Part shown: positions 19,889 through 27,093 of the stretch, piece by piece
Layout: every line of letters begins with the position of its first letter
How positions within the stretch are numbered: position 1 is the stretch's first letter
Sequence record: MZ574432.2
DNA: 64,000 nucleotides
Strand: one strand, 5' to 3'
Program-made: the position numbers and the translations under genes
Notes under the pieces: generated by a model
The model's input: only the letters and a program-made list of their open reading frames with translations
What the model was told of the DNA's origin: nothing
Databases searched by the model: none

Positions 19889-19923
19889 CTTGACATCCTC
19901 TTGAGCCTGTGTCATAGGCTCAA
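19889..19923 (+). promoter_or_regulatory. Promoter of the large tRNA operon (CTTGACA; degenerate motif) overlapped by inverted repeat ttgagcct/aggctcaa
   Basis: TTGACA at 19890-19895 directly after a terminator; inverted repeat 19901-19923 covers the -10 region. Confidence 0.6.
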
Positions 19924-19969
19924 TCCTCAACAGCCCAGATCGGGCTTTCACTCCGCCGGAACAAGGTCC

Positions 19970-20089
19970 ATGACCCGCATCCATACCACGCTGACGACCG
20001 CCAAGCCCGCCTCCACCGGCGCGCTTACGCTCGCCTCGTGGCCGGCGTCGAGCAAGCCGCTATTGCGGCACTCAGCGGTTCTCGCCTAA
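19970..20089 (+). CDS. Putative leader peptide 2 (MTRIHTTLTTAKPASTGALTLASWPASSKPLLRHSAVLA, 39 aa)
   Basis: AAGG SD; 33/39 residues are amino acids of the 12 downstream tRNAs; end of ORF forms one arm of a long hairpin. Confidence 0.65.
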   Translation: MTRIHTTLTTAKPASTGALTLASWPASSKPLLRHSAVLA

Positions 20090-20214
20090 CAGGCGACCGC
20101 TCCGGGTGCCGCTTCTAAGCCGCACCCGATCTCTCCTCCGACACATCTTCCCAAAACGTCGTAGCTGAACCGGGTGCTCCTGATCTCTCAGGAGATCGCC
20201 ATCTATTTCAGTTT

Positions 20215-20290
20215 CGGTGTGTAGCTCAGTTGGTAGAGCACGGGGTTTGGGACCTCGGGGTCGGAGGTTCGAGCCCTCTTGCACCGACCA
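20215..20290 (+). tRNA. tRNA-Pro(UGG)
   Basis: CGGTGTG/TGCACCG acceptor, loop ttTGGga, CCA. Confidence 0.9.
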
Positions 20291-20360
20291 ATTCGCCCTC
20301 CGCCGGCCTTAGGCCGGACCGCGATCGCTTGAGCGTCGGCGGAGGCGTGTTCTTTGTCGT

Positions 20361-20439
20361 GCCGGTATAGCTCAGTCTGGTAGTCAGCGACTGCCTCGTA
20401 AGCAGTAGGTCCGGGGTTCGAATCCTCGTGCCGGCACCA
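20361..20439 (+). tRNA. tRNA-Thr(CGU)
   Basis: GCCGGTA/TGCCGGC, stem actgc/gcagt, loop ctCGTaa, CCA. Confidence 0.9.
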
Positions 20440-20483
20440 CCAAGAACACGATCAACAGAAGGATCAACAAGACACAGACTTTC

Positions 20484-20570
20484 GGGCGAGTAGCCGAGTG
20501 GTTAAAGGCACCTGACTCTTAATCAGGCGTGAGAAATCCTACGTGGGTTCGAATCCCACCTCGCCCTCCA
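20484..20570 (+). tRNA. tRNA-Lys(CUU) with atypical long variable arm
   Basis: GGGCGAG/CTCGCCC, stem cctga/tcagg, loop ctCTTaa, 15-nt variable region, U73, CCA; 87 nt. Confidence 0.85.
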
Positions 20571-20657
20571 TCGATAAAGACTTCCATGTTCCCGTACGGG
20601 AACATTTCGGCCAGGACAAGGGTCCTGGGATGGAAATGTTCCCGATCGGGATCACGG

Positions 20658-20744
20658 GCGGGTGTGGCGAAGTTGGTAGCCGCGCGAGTCTCAGGTACTC
20701 GTGGTCGAAAGGCCGGGGAGGTTCGAATCCTCTCACCCGCACCA
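20658..20744 (+). tRNA. tRNA-Leu(CAG)
   Basis: GCGGGTG/CACCCGC, stem cgagt/actcg, loop ctCAGgt, long variable arm, A73, CCA. Confidence 0.92.
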
Positions 20745-20756
20745 ACACTCCTCTGG

Positions 20757-20843
20757 GCGGCGCTGGCGGAATGGTAGACGCGCCGGCTTCAAGTCCCGTG
20801 TGTCCGTAAGGATGTCCGAGTTCGAATCTCGGGCGCCGCACCA
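20757..20843 (+). tRNA. tRNA-Leu(CAA), weak anticodon stem
   Basis: GCGGCGC/GCGCCGC, Leu-type D arm and variable arm, loop ttCAAgt; stem ccggc/cccgt has two mismatches. Confidence 0.75.
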
Positions 20844-20886
20844 AGACGAGGGTTGGCGATGGAAAGCGAAGGTCAAAGCGAGACGT

Positions 20887-20973
20887 GCGGAAGTGGCGTA
20901 ACGGTAGCCGCGCCAGACTGAGTATCTGGTGATCTAAAGGGTCGTGGAGGTTCGAGTCCTCTCTTCCGCACCA
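20887..20973 (+). tRNA. tRNA-Leu(GAG)
   Basis: GCGGAAG/CTTCCGC, stem ccaga/tctgg, loop ctGAGta, long variable arm, CCA. Confidence 0.92.
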
Positions 20974-21008
20974 AACACAAGGAGAGGTAAGAGACAGATT
21001 TGGTTTGT

Positions 21009-21080
21009 GCTGAAATGGCCTAGCGGTAAAGGCGCTGCATTGTGGATGCAGACACGATGGTTCGAATCCATCTTTCAGTG
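21009..21080 (+). tRNA. tRNA-His(GUG), no encoded CCA, no G-1
   Basis: GCTGAAA/TTTCAGT, stem ctgca/tgcag, loop ttGTGga; abuts tRNA-Ala with a 1-nt spacer. Confidence 0.85.
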
Positions 21081-21081
21081 C

Positions 21082-21157
21082 GGGGATATAGCTCAGTTGG
21101 TAGAGCAGTTGCTTTGCAAGCATCAGGTCGTCGGTTCGAGCCCGACTATCTCCACCA
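21082..21157 (+). tRNA. tRNA-Ala(UGC)
   Basis: GGGGATA/TATCTCC with G3:U70, loop ttTGCaa, CCA. Confidence 0.92.
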
Positions 21158-21222
21158 GACCAGGGGACCCAGGCTGCGGCGCCGGATCGGCGACCACCTG
21201 GGTCCGTGACAACAAGAAAACT

Positions 21223-21316
21223 GGAGGGCTGGCAGAGCCTGGGTTAATGCACCCGTTTCGAAAACGGGCAGGGGCTGAAAGGTCCCTCGGGGGTTCAAAT
21301 CCCTCGCCCTCCGCCA
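21223..21316 (+). tRNA. tRNA-Ser(CGA)
   Basis: GGAGGGC/GCCCTCC, stem cccgt/acggg, loop ttCGAaa, long variable arm, G73, CCA. Confidence 0.92.
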
Positions 21317-21335
21317 ACACCAAGCCGGCATCTTT

Positions 21336-21427
21336 GGAAGGATGGCTGAGCCGGCTGAAAGCACCCGCCTGGAAAGTGGGTCGACCTCACAAGGGTCGCG
21401 GGGGTTCGAATCCCTCTCCTTCCGCCA
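21336..21427 (+). tRNA. tRNA-Ser(GGA)
   Basis: GGAAGGA/TCCTTCC, loop ctGGAaa, long variable arm, G73, CCA. Confidence 0.92.
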
Positions 21428-21462
21428 GATACCGAGCCGGCGCGGATCGCCGGCCGAAGCTA

Positions 21463-21552
21463 GGTGGGTTGACCGAGTGGTAAGGTGCGCGGTTGCTAAC
21501 CGCAGGTCAGCCTGGAAGGGCTGCGGGGGTTCGATCCCCTCACCCACCGCCA
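21463..21552 (+). tRNA. tRNA-Ser(GCU)
   Basis: GGTGGGT/ACCCACC, loop ttGCTaa, long variable arm, G73, CCA. Confidence 0.92.
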
Positions 21553-21567
21553 TAGCTTCGACGATGC

Positions 21568-21644
21568 AGGGGTGTAGCTCAACTGGCTAGAGCGTCGGTC
21601 TCCAAAACCGAAGGTTGCGGGTTCGAGTCCCGCCGCCCCTGCCA
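21568..21644 (+). tRNA. tRNA-Trp(CCA)
   Basis: AGGGGTG/CGCCCCT, stem tcggt/accga, loop ctCCAaa, G73, CCA. Confidence 0.92.
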
Positions 21645-21666
21645 ACATTTTCCGCGATTCAGGACC

Positions 21667-21945
21667 ATGACCAAGAAAGGAGGACCCCTGATGAAACCCG
21701 CACCCACTATGACCCAATGCCGCTTGACGCGCGGTGACCAGGGCGTCCAAGTCTCCTGGATTCCCAGCGAGTTCGCCCAGGTCGGCCGCATCGTCGATCT
21801 GAAGGAAAAGGACTACTGGTCCAACGGCTGGCGGGTCGACCAGACCTGGGGCACCATGGACGCCAGCGTGATCGCCGATCGCAGTCGAGATCACCTCAAC
21901 CACAGCAAGGCCACCGGCGATCGATGGCCCACCGCCCGCGCCTAG
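21667..21945 (+). CDS. Hypothetical protein, 92 aa (start could be 21691)
   Basis: AGGA and GGAGG SD sites; last ORF before a terminator. Confidence 0.7.
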   Translation: MTKKGGPLMKPAPTMTQCRLTRGDQGVQVSWIPSEFAQVGRIVDLKEKDYWSNGWRVDQTWGTMDASVIADRSRDHLNHSKATGDRWPTARA

Positions 21946-21948
21946 CGC

Positions 21949-21982
21949 AAAAAGGCCGCCCAGGTCTCCCTGGGCGGCCTTT
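21949..21982. terminator. Bidirectional terminator
   Basis: aaaaaggccgcccagg-tct-ccctgggcggccttt between convergent genes. Confidence 0.8.
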
Positions 21983-21988
21983 CACGTT

Positions 21989-22489
21989 CTAGGCGTGTGG
22001 TGGGAAGTCACCCGTCAGGACGCCCGCCGTGCGCGCGTAGCAGAACCAGTAGGAGCCGGTCCAGCGCAGCATGGCCACTTCGGGGACATGCACGGCCTCG
22101 ACAAGGCGTTGATAGCCTGTGCCATCGCCCTCAGTATCCGCTTTGCCGTCCATATCCACATCAGGCTGCGAGGCCTGGGGAACCTGTAAGGTCAGAGCCG
22201 CCGAAACATCGGAGAAGACGATGCGAGGGTTTGCGACCCCGTAGTGAGGACGTGCGAAGACGACAACCTGAGAGGAGCCAAAGGCCGTATTTGTCCTCGG
22301 ATAGAACTGAAGCTGAAGCTCATCGCCGACTTCCGTCGCCGGCATGAGCGAAGCGTAGAAGGACCCTTGAAACGGTTGATCGGGATCGACTTGCTTCGTG
22401 TAGATGTCGATGATGCCGACCTCGCCATTGGCGTTCAGGATTTCGGCGGCGGCCTCGTAGACCGTGTTGATGACGATGGTTCTGGACAT
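21989..22489 (-). CDS. Hypothetical protein, 166 aa (paralog 1 of a tandem pair)
   Basis: Shares HYGVANPRIVF, D.DGKAD.EGDG.GYQRL and LRWTGS.WFCYAR with 22510-22995. Confidence 0.8.
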   Translation of the reverse strand: MSRTIVINTVYEAAAEILNANGEVGIIDIYTKQVDPDQPFQGSFYASLMPATEVGDELQLQFYPRTNTAFGSSQVVVFARPHYGVANPRIVFSDVSAALTLQVPQASQPDVDMDGKADTEGDGTGYQRLVEAVHVPEVAMLRWTGSYWFCYARTAGVLTGDFPPHA

Positions 22490-22509
22490 GTGTCTGGTTA
22501 CCCTAGGCT

Positions 22510-22995
22510 TTAGAGTGAGAGGCTGTCAGTGGTCATCATGCCGAGCGAGCGGGCATAACAGAACCAGAACGAGCCCGTCCACCGAAGGAGTGCAACGAGA
22601 GGGACGCCGGGGGCTTCGCCCAAGCGCTGGTAGCCAGGACCATCACCCTCGACGTCAGCCTTGCCGTCGAAGTCCAGGTCTTTCTGCTCTATCGCACCCG
22701 CGTACAGAGCCATAGCATCTGTGATGTTCGGCGCACGATCAGCGAAAACGATCCTCGGGTTGGCCACACCATAGTGCGGCAAGGCGAAGATCAGCACGGT
22801 AGCGAAGCTACCCTTGCTGGCGGGGAAGACCTGAACCTGGAGGTCGTCTCCGACCTCTCGACCGGGAGCGAGGGCGGCGTAGAGAAAGCCACCACCGATT
22901 TCAGGAATGATGTTGATCACCCCTTTGAGGCCGTTGGGATTTATCGGCTCAGCTAATTGCCGTTCGGTGGCGCGCACCAGCACGTTCATCGCCAT
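22510..22995 (-). CDS. Hypothetical protein, 161 aa (paralog 2)
   Basis: ATG at 22995 with AAGGA SD; homology to paralog 1 begins here, so the listed 23265 start is too long. Confidence 0.8.
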   Translation of the reverse strand: MAMNVLVRATERQLAEPINPNGLKGVINIIPEIGGGFLYAALAPGREVGDDLQVQVFPASKGSFATVLIFALPHYGVANPRIVFADRAPNITDAMALYAGAIEQKDLDFDGKADVEGDGPGYQRLGEAPGVPLVALLRWTGSFWFCYARSLGMMTTDSLSL

Positions 22996-23115
22996 CGGGA
23001 GTCTATCCTTAGGAAGGCCGGCCCAGCGCCGGCAAAGCTCCCTACCCGATCTAGGAACACCGATCGACCCAAGATCGCAAACTATCCACAGCAACTTTTG
23101 CGACAGTCTAACGAC

Positions 23116-23143
23116 AAAAAGAAAGGCTCCCGAAGGAGCCTTC
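23116..23143 (-). terminator. Terminator for the minus-strand gene 23504-23148
   Basis: Minus strand ggaaggctcc-TTCG-ggagcctttc-ttttt. Confidence 0.7.
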
Positions 23144-23147
23144 CAAA

Positions 23148-23504
23148 TCACGCCATCGCTGCGTTGCGTTTCCCGCGCTGCTTTTCCAACGCGGCCTCCA
23201 TCGACTGCCAAACGAGCCGAGGCCGCCACGGCTCCTCGTTGTAAGGCGTGTCCAGGTAGCACCACCCCTCGCTAGGGGTCGCCAGGATCGGAAGACCTTC
23301 GAAGTCTTCGTCCTGCTGCTCCTCGGGGGTCAAACGCCGCGTCGACCAACGCAACCCGCCGCTCGGCAGCTTGGCGAATTCCAGGCCGCTAGGATCGCGG
23401 TCCTCGTCGAGGATGTCGAAGAGTTCGATGAGGTCCTGGGCATTGACCAGGAAGGCCTCGGTCTGTTCGTCGGGATTGATCGCCCGCACGAGATAGAGCG
23501 CCAT
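23148..23504 (-). CDS. Hypothetical acidic protein, 118 aa
   Basis: ATG 23504 with AAAGGAG SD (MALYLVRAINPDEQTEAFLV...). Confidence 0.75.
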   Translation of the reverse strand: MALYLVRAINPDEQTEAFLVNAQDLIELFDILDEDRDPSGLEFAKLPSGGLRWSTRRLTPEEQQDEDFEGLPILATPSEGWCYLDTPYNEEPWRPRLVWQSMEAALEKQRGKRNAAMA

Positions 23505-23591
23505 GGGTGTCTCCTTTATTGGCAAAGCCAAGGTGGGAGACAAGGACCGGGTTGTCCAGGCACTATAGTGCTGAAAAGATGTCCAGACACG

Positions 23592-23618
23592 AAAAAGGAC
23601 TCCCGAAGGAGCCCCTTG
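23592..23618 (-). terminator. Terminator closing the minus-strand non-coding unit
   Basis: Minus strand ggggctcc-TTCG-ggagtcc-ttttt. Confidence 0.75.
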
Positions 23619-23629
23619 CGTAGGGTTCA

Positions 23630-24462
23630 AAGGCTTGAGACACTAGGGCCTTCACGACGAGACCTCAGGGATTATCCTTGTTCAGGTTCCCCTGGGTGTC
23701 CAGGAGCCTTTCGGCTTCTCTGTCCCGCCAACGACGGTCATTTTAGGTCCACCACAGACCGTCCTGATGTACTACTCAGCCTCTCCACTACCATCAAAGG
23801 CTGGCCGGCCCTCAAAGGAAGCTTCCTGACACTCGTTACGACACCTTGCGAGGTCCCGCAACGTCCCTGCTAAGCCGAAGCCCAGGGAACGTAGTCGTCT
23901 ATTGCACACCAGCGGCCAGACTTTCGCTTTTGCTTCGTCAGCCAAATGATGATTGGAGGTTGGTTTACGCCCCCAGCTTGCCTTCCCTAGTGACGACGTG
24001 CTGTCCAGAGCTTCGTGGCTTTTGGCCACAAAATACTCGACGCCGTCCTGATCCCTAGATGGGACCGATCTGATCCGATTTCCCCTCCAGGTGCTTTTCA
24101 CACCCAGCTTGGAACCCAGAACAAATTGGGTCTCGCCCTAAGCCGGTATCACTCCGACCTCGAACTGTCGCAGATAGCTGTCGCTGATCCGCCCCCTACA
24201 CCTGAATCCTCGTCCACTCGGTCGTTTTGAGTTGACATGTCCGGTGGTTCTCAGGCCACACCAGAGCGTCTCACGACGCCTTTCGAACACATCACGACCT
24301 CATCGACTATCCTCCACCCCCGCTTTTAACGGGCTATGAAGGACGGGCTGGTTAGACCCGGTCTTCGATGCCTGCTTGAGTGGTCCCGGTTGCCCAGGCG
24401 ACGAGGGGTAGGTCCCCCGCCCAGCCTCCGAGTTGCCCCGGCGGCCCCGCTCTCAAGCGATG
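23630..24462 (-). ncRNA. Candidate large structured ncRNA (~830 nt; size and context recall the GOLLD class)
   Basis: Promoter-to-terminator unit with no credible ORF; many GNRA/UUCG-capped hairpins on the minus strand; 5'/3' ends complementary (GCUUGAGA/UCUCAAGC). Confidence 0.65.
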
Positions 24463-24468
24463 ACTGGG

Positions 24469-24499
24469 TTGTAGACGGACGATTTCCGGCGGTCAACAG
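24469..24499 (-). promoter_or_regulatory. Minus-strand sigma70-type promoter (TTGACC-N16-CTACAA)
   Basis: Reverse complement of ttgtag-acggacgatttccggc-ggtcaa; back-to-back with the plus-strand motif promoter. Confidence 0.55.
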
Positions 24500-24534
24500 C
24501 CAAATCGCACTTTTTTCGAAAAAGTTTCGATCGG

Positions 24535-24558
24535 CGTCGCGATGACGCGTTTCTTGAC
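24535..24558 (+). promoter_or_regulatory. Motif promoter (copy 4) with palindrome CGTCG-N3-TGACG
   Basis: cgtcg-cga-tgacg-cgttt-cttgac. Confidence 0.7.
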
Positions 24559-24589
24559 CCGCCCTTCGCGATCAGGCAGAACCATCGGC

Positions 24590-24918
24590 GAGGGCGCCAC
24601 GCGTAGTGGAAGAATCCGTGATCCCGCCCAAGGCGACGCCGCGTATCGACCTACGGTCATGCGCAATAGGCCGACCCTAAGCCGCATCGCGTCGACTACC
24701 TGCATGCTCCAGGCACTGAGCAAATCCCGGTCCGGCGGACATCCCACGAAGCTGGTGGAGATAACCGGAGGTTACCGTTCCTGTGGAGCGGATGGAAGGA
24801 AGGGTCTCAGTCGAGCCCTGGTAGGCCGTCCAGCCAGTAGCGCTGCTGTCTGGGTCCGGGACCGCCCAATCGACGACTCGCGAAAAGAGCCCGGCTGGTT
24901 TCGCGGCTGGCCGGGCTC
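24590..24918 (+). ncRNA. Candidate structured RNA or long 5' leader (~330 nt)
   Basis: Follows a motif promoter; multi-helix junctions (cgacgc/gcgtcg, tcccggtcc/gggtccggga, agggtctc/gagccct); ends in hairpin gagcccggc/gccgggctc. Confidence 0.45.
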
Positions 24919-24927
24919 ACTAACCGC

Positions 24928-25263
24928 TTGAGAACCCTCATGATCGACAACACCTTCATCCAGGCCGACGGCCCGCTCTATCTGACGCTGGAAGCGGCCC
25001 TGGAGGCGCCCGGCGCGATCTACACCCACGTCAAGAAGGGCGGCATCTATCGCCGTATGGGTGAGGCCAAGTACGCCGGCGACGCGGCGGCCCAGACGCT
25101 GGAAGGCGTGATGATGGCCGTCTATGAGCACCTCTACCCATACGCGCACTCCTTCTTTGTGCGTCCTCAAAGTGAGTTTGTCGAGGTCGTGCGGACCCAG
25201 CATGGCGAGCACCGCCGTTTCGTCTTTCACACCAATGAGATACTGACCGTTCTCGACACTTGA
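24928..25263 (+). CDS. DUF1653-like protein, 111 aa
   Basis: Y.H.KKGG.Y.....A........MAVY..LY......FVRP.SEF...V......RF pattern. Confidence 0.7.
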   Translation: MRTLMIDNTFIQADGPLYLTLEAALEAPGAIYTHVKKGGIYRRMGEAKYAGDAAAQTLEGVMMAVYEHLYPYAHSFFVRPQSEFVEVVRTQHGEHRRFVFHTNEILTVLDT

Positions 25264-25300
25264 GGGTACGTGAGACCCCATACCGTGCCCTGCGGCATGG

Positions 25301-25316
25301 TGACGCAATCCTTGAC
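25301..25316 (+). promoter_or_regulatory. Motif promoter (copy 5)
   Basis: tgacg-caatc-cttgac upstream of the cadherin-repeat gene. Confidence 0.7.
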
Positions 25317-25365
25317 TTGGCCTACGATCTAGGGTAGAGACGAGACCCTCTCTCCCAAGGAAATC

Positions 25366-27090
25366 GTGATGCTCAAGCCGCAAGCCTCTTCGCGGCGCGC
25401 GCGCCTCGCGCCCGCGTCGATCCCCATCATTCCGGCTGACATCGCCCTGGTCGGCGCGGTCATCCCCGCCGGCAGTCCGGCCGGGACCCTGGTCGGCACG
25501 CTGAGCGCGCTACCGGCCGCCGGCGACTACGAGTTCACCCTACTCGACAGCGCGGGCGGGCGCTTTGCCATTCAGGGCTCGGCCCTGGTCGCGGGCGCCA
25601 CGCCTTCGGCCGGTGGGGAGAACCCGACGATTACCGTGCGCACCACGGCGGCGTTCTCGCGACTGACGTTCGACAAGACCTTCTCGATCGCTGTCCAGAC
25701 CGTCGTCGCCCCGATCACGCTGTCGCCGACCAATCCGACCGTCGCCGAGAACACTGCTGCCGGCGTGACGGTCGCGTCGATTTCCTCGCCCGGCGCGACC
25801 TTGAGCCTGACCGACAATGCCGGCGGCCGGTTCGCCATCAGCGGGACCAATCTGGTCACCGGCGCGACGGCGACCAACTATGAGGTGGCCACCAGCCACG
25901 ATGTGACCATCCGCGCCGAGTATAACGGCGATGTGACGACCAAGACCGTGACGGTCCAGGTCTCCAACGTCGTCGAGATCACCAATATCACCCTGGCCGC
26001 CAGCAGCATCCCCGAGAACTCGGCCGCCGGCGTGGTCGTCGGGCAACTGGCCTCGGTCCCGCCCGGTGCGGCCCTGACCCTGACCGACAGCGCCGGCAGC
26101 CGCTTTGCCATCGACGGCAGCAACCGTCTCGTGGCTGGCTCGGTCGCCACGGACTACGAGACCAACACCACACACGACGTCTCCGTGCGCGCCACCCAAG
26201 GCCCCGACGTCTACAACAAGACCTTCACCATCAGCGTCACCAACGTCAATGAACTGACCGACATCACCCTGTCGGCCAATTCGATCGCCGAGAACTCGGC
26301 CGCTGGCGTCGTGGTCGGCAACCTCGCCAGCGTGATCCCCGGCGCCTCGTTCGCTGTGACCGGCCAGACGCCGTCAGGGACCTACTTCACCGTCAACGGC
26401 TCCAACCAGCTTGTGACTGGGGCGACGGCGACCAACTTCGAAGTCAATGCCAGCCACTCGGTCACCGTCACCGCGACCAAGGGCACCGACACCTTCCAAA
26501 AGACCTTCACGATCAACGTCAGCAACCAGACCGAGATCACCGACATCAGCCTGAGCAACGCCAGTATCAACGAAGGTGTCGCCCAGGGCACCGCCGTCGG
26601 CACCCTGTCGTCGACCCCGACGGGCGCGACCTTCTCCTTGGCGCCAACCAACCCTGCGGGCACGCGCTTCCAGGTCTCGGGCACGACGCTGCAACAAGGC
26701 GCGACGCCGAACGATCGCGAAGCCACGCCGACCGTGACGGTGAAGATTCGCGGCACGCGCCAGAGCGAAACCTTCGACAAGGATTTCGTCATCACCATCA
26801 ACAACGTCGTCGAACTGACCGACTTCACGCTGTCGGGCCTGACGATCGACGAGAACGCCGTCCAGGGCACTCCGGTGGGGACGCTGTCGTCGACCCCGAC
26901 GGGCGCGACCTACACCCTGAACGACAATGCCGGCGGGCGCTTCCAGCTTGTCGCCGGCGCCATCCAGGCCGGCGCGGTGGCGACCGACTTCGATACCGCC
27001 ACCAGCCACGACATCATCGTCACAGCCTCCCGAGGCGGCGAGACGATGCAGAAGACCTTCACGATCACGGTCAACGACCTCGGCGACTAG
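25366..27090 (+). CDS. Cadherin-like repeat protein, 574 aa
   Basis: About six ~95-aa repeats (ITL...SI.EN.A.G..VG.L.S...GA...L.D.AG.RF.I.G..L..GA..T(N/D)YE....H.V.VRAT......KTFTI.V.NV.E). Confidence 0.85.
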   Translation: MMLKPQASSRRARLAPASIPIIPADIALVGAVIPAGSPAGTLVGTLSALPAAGDYEFTLLDSAGGRFAIQGSALVAGATPSAGGENPTITVRTTAAFSRLTFDKTFSIAVQTVVAPITLSPTNPTVAENTAAGVTVASISSPGATLSLTDNAGGRFAISGTNLVTGATATNYEVATSHDVTIRAEYNGDVTTKTVTVQVSNVVEITNITLAASSIPENSAAGVVVGQLASVPPGAALTLTDSAGSRFAIDGSNRLVAGSVATDYETNTTHDVSVRATQGPDVYNKTFTISVTNVNELTDITLSANSIAENSAAGVVVGNLASVIPGASFAVTGQTPSGTYFTVNGSNQLVTGATATNFEVNASHSVTVTATKGTDTFQKTFTINVSNQTEITDISLSNASINEGVAQGTAVGTLSSTPTGATFSLAPTNPAGTRFQVSGTTLQQGATPNDREATPTVTVKIRGTRQSETFDKDFVITINNVVELTDFTLSGLTIDENAVQGTPVGTLSSTPTGATYTLNDNAGGRFQLVAGAIQAGAVATDFDTATSHDIIVTASRGGETMQKTFTITVNDLGD

Positions 27091-27093
27091 CAG

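Noticed and set aside
20157-20210. tRNA-like remnant (cgtcgtagctgaaccggg...) before tRNA-Pro
   Set aside because: Only a D-arm-like fragment; no anticodon or T arm can be built.
20757-20843. Reading the anticodon as UCA (Sec or opal suppressor)
   Set aside because: Register from the D arm gives loop UUCAAGU (CAA); the UCA register has a worse stem, and length and acceptor are Leu-like.
23772-24303. ORF 23772-24101 (-) and the GGAGG-ATG at 24303 (-)
   Set aside because: The first has no SD and an in-frame TAG just upstream; the second gives only Met-Arg-Ser-stop. Both lie in the hairpin-dense unit better explained as ncRNA.
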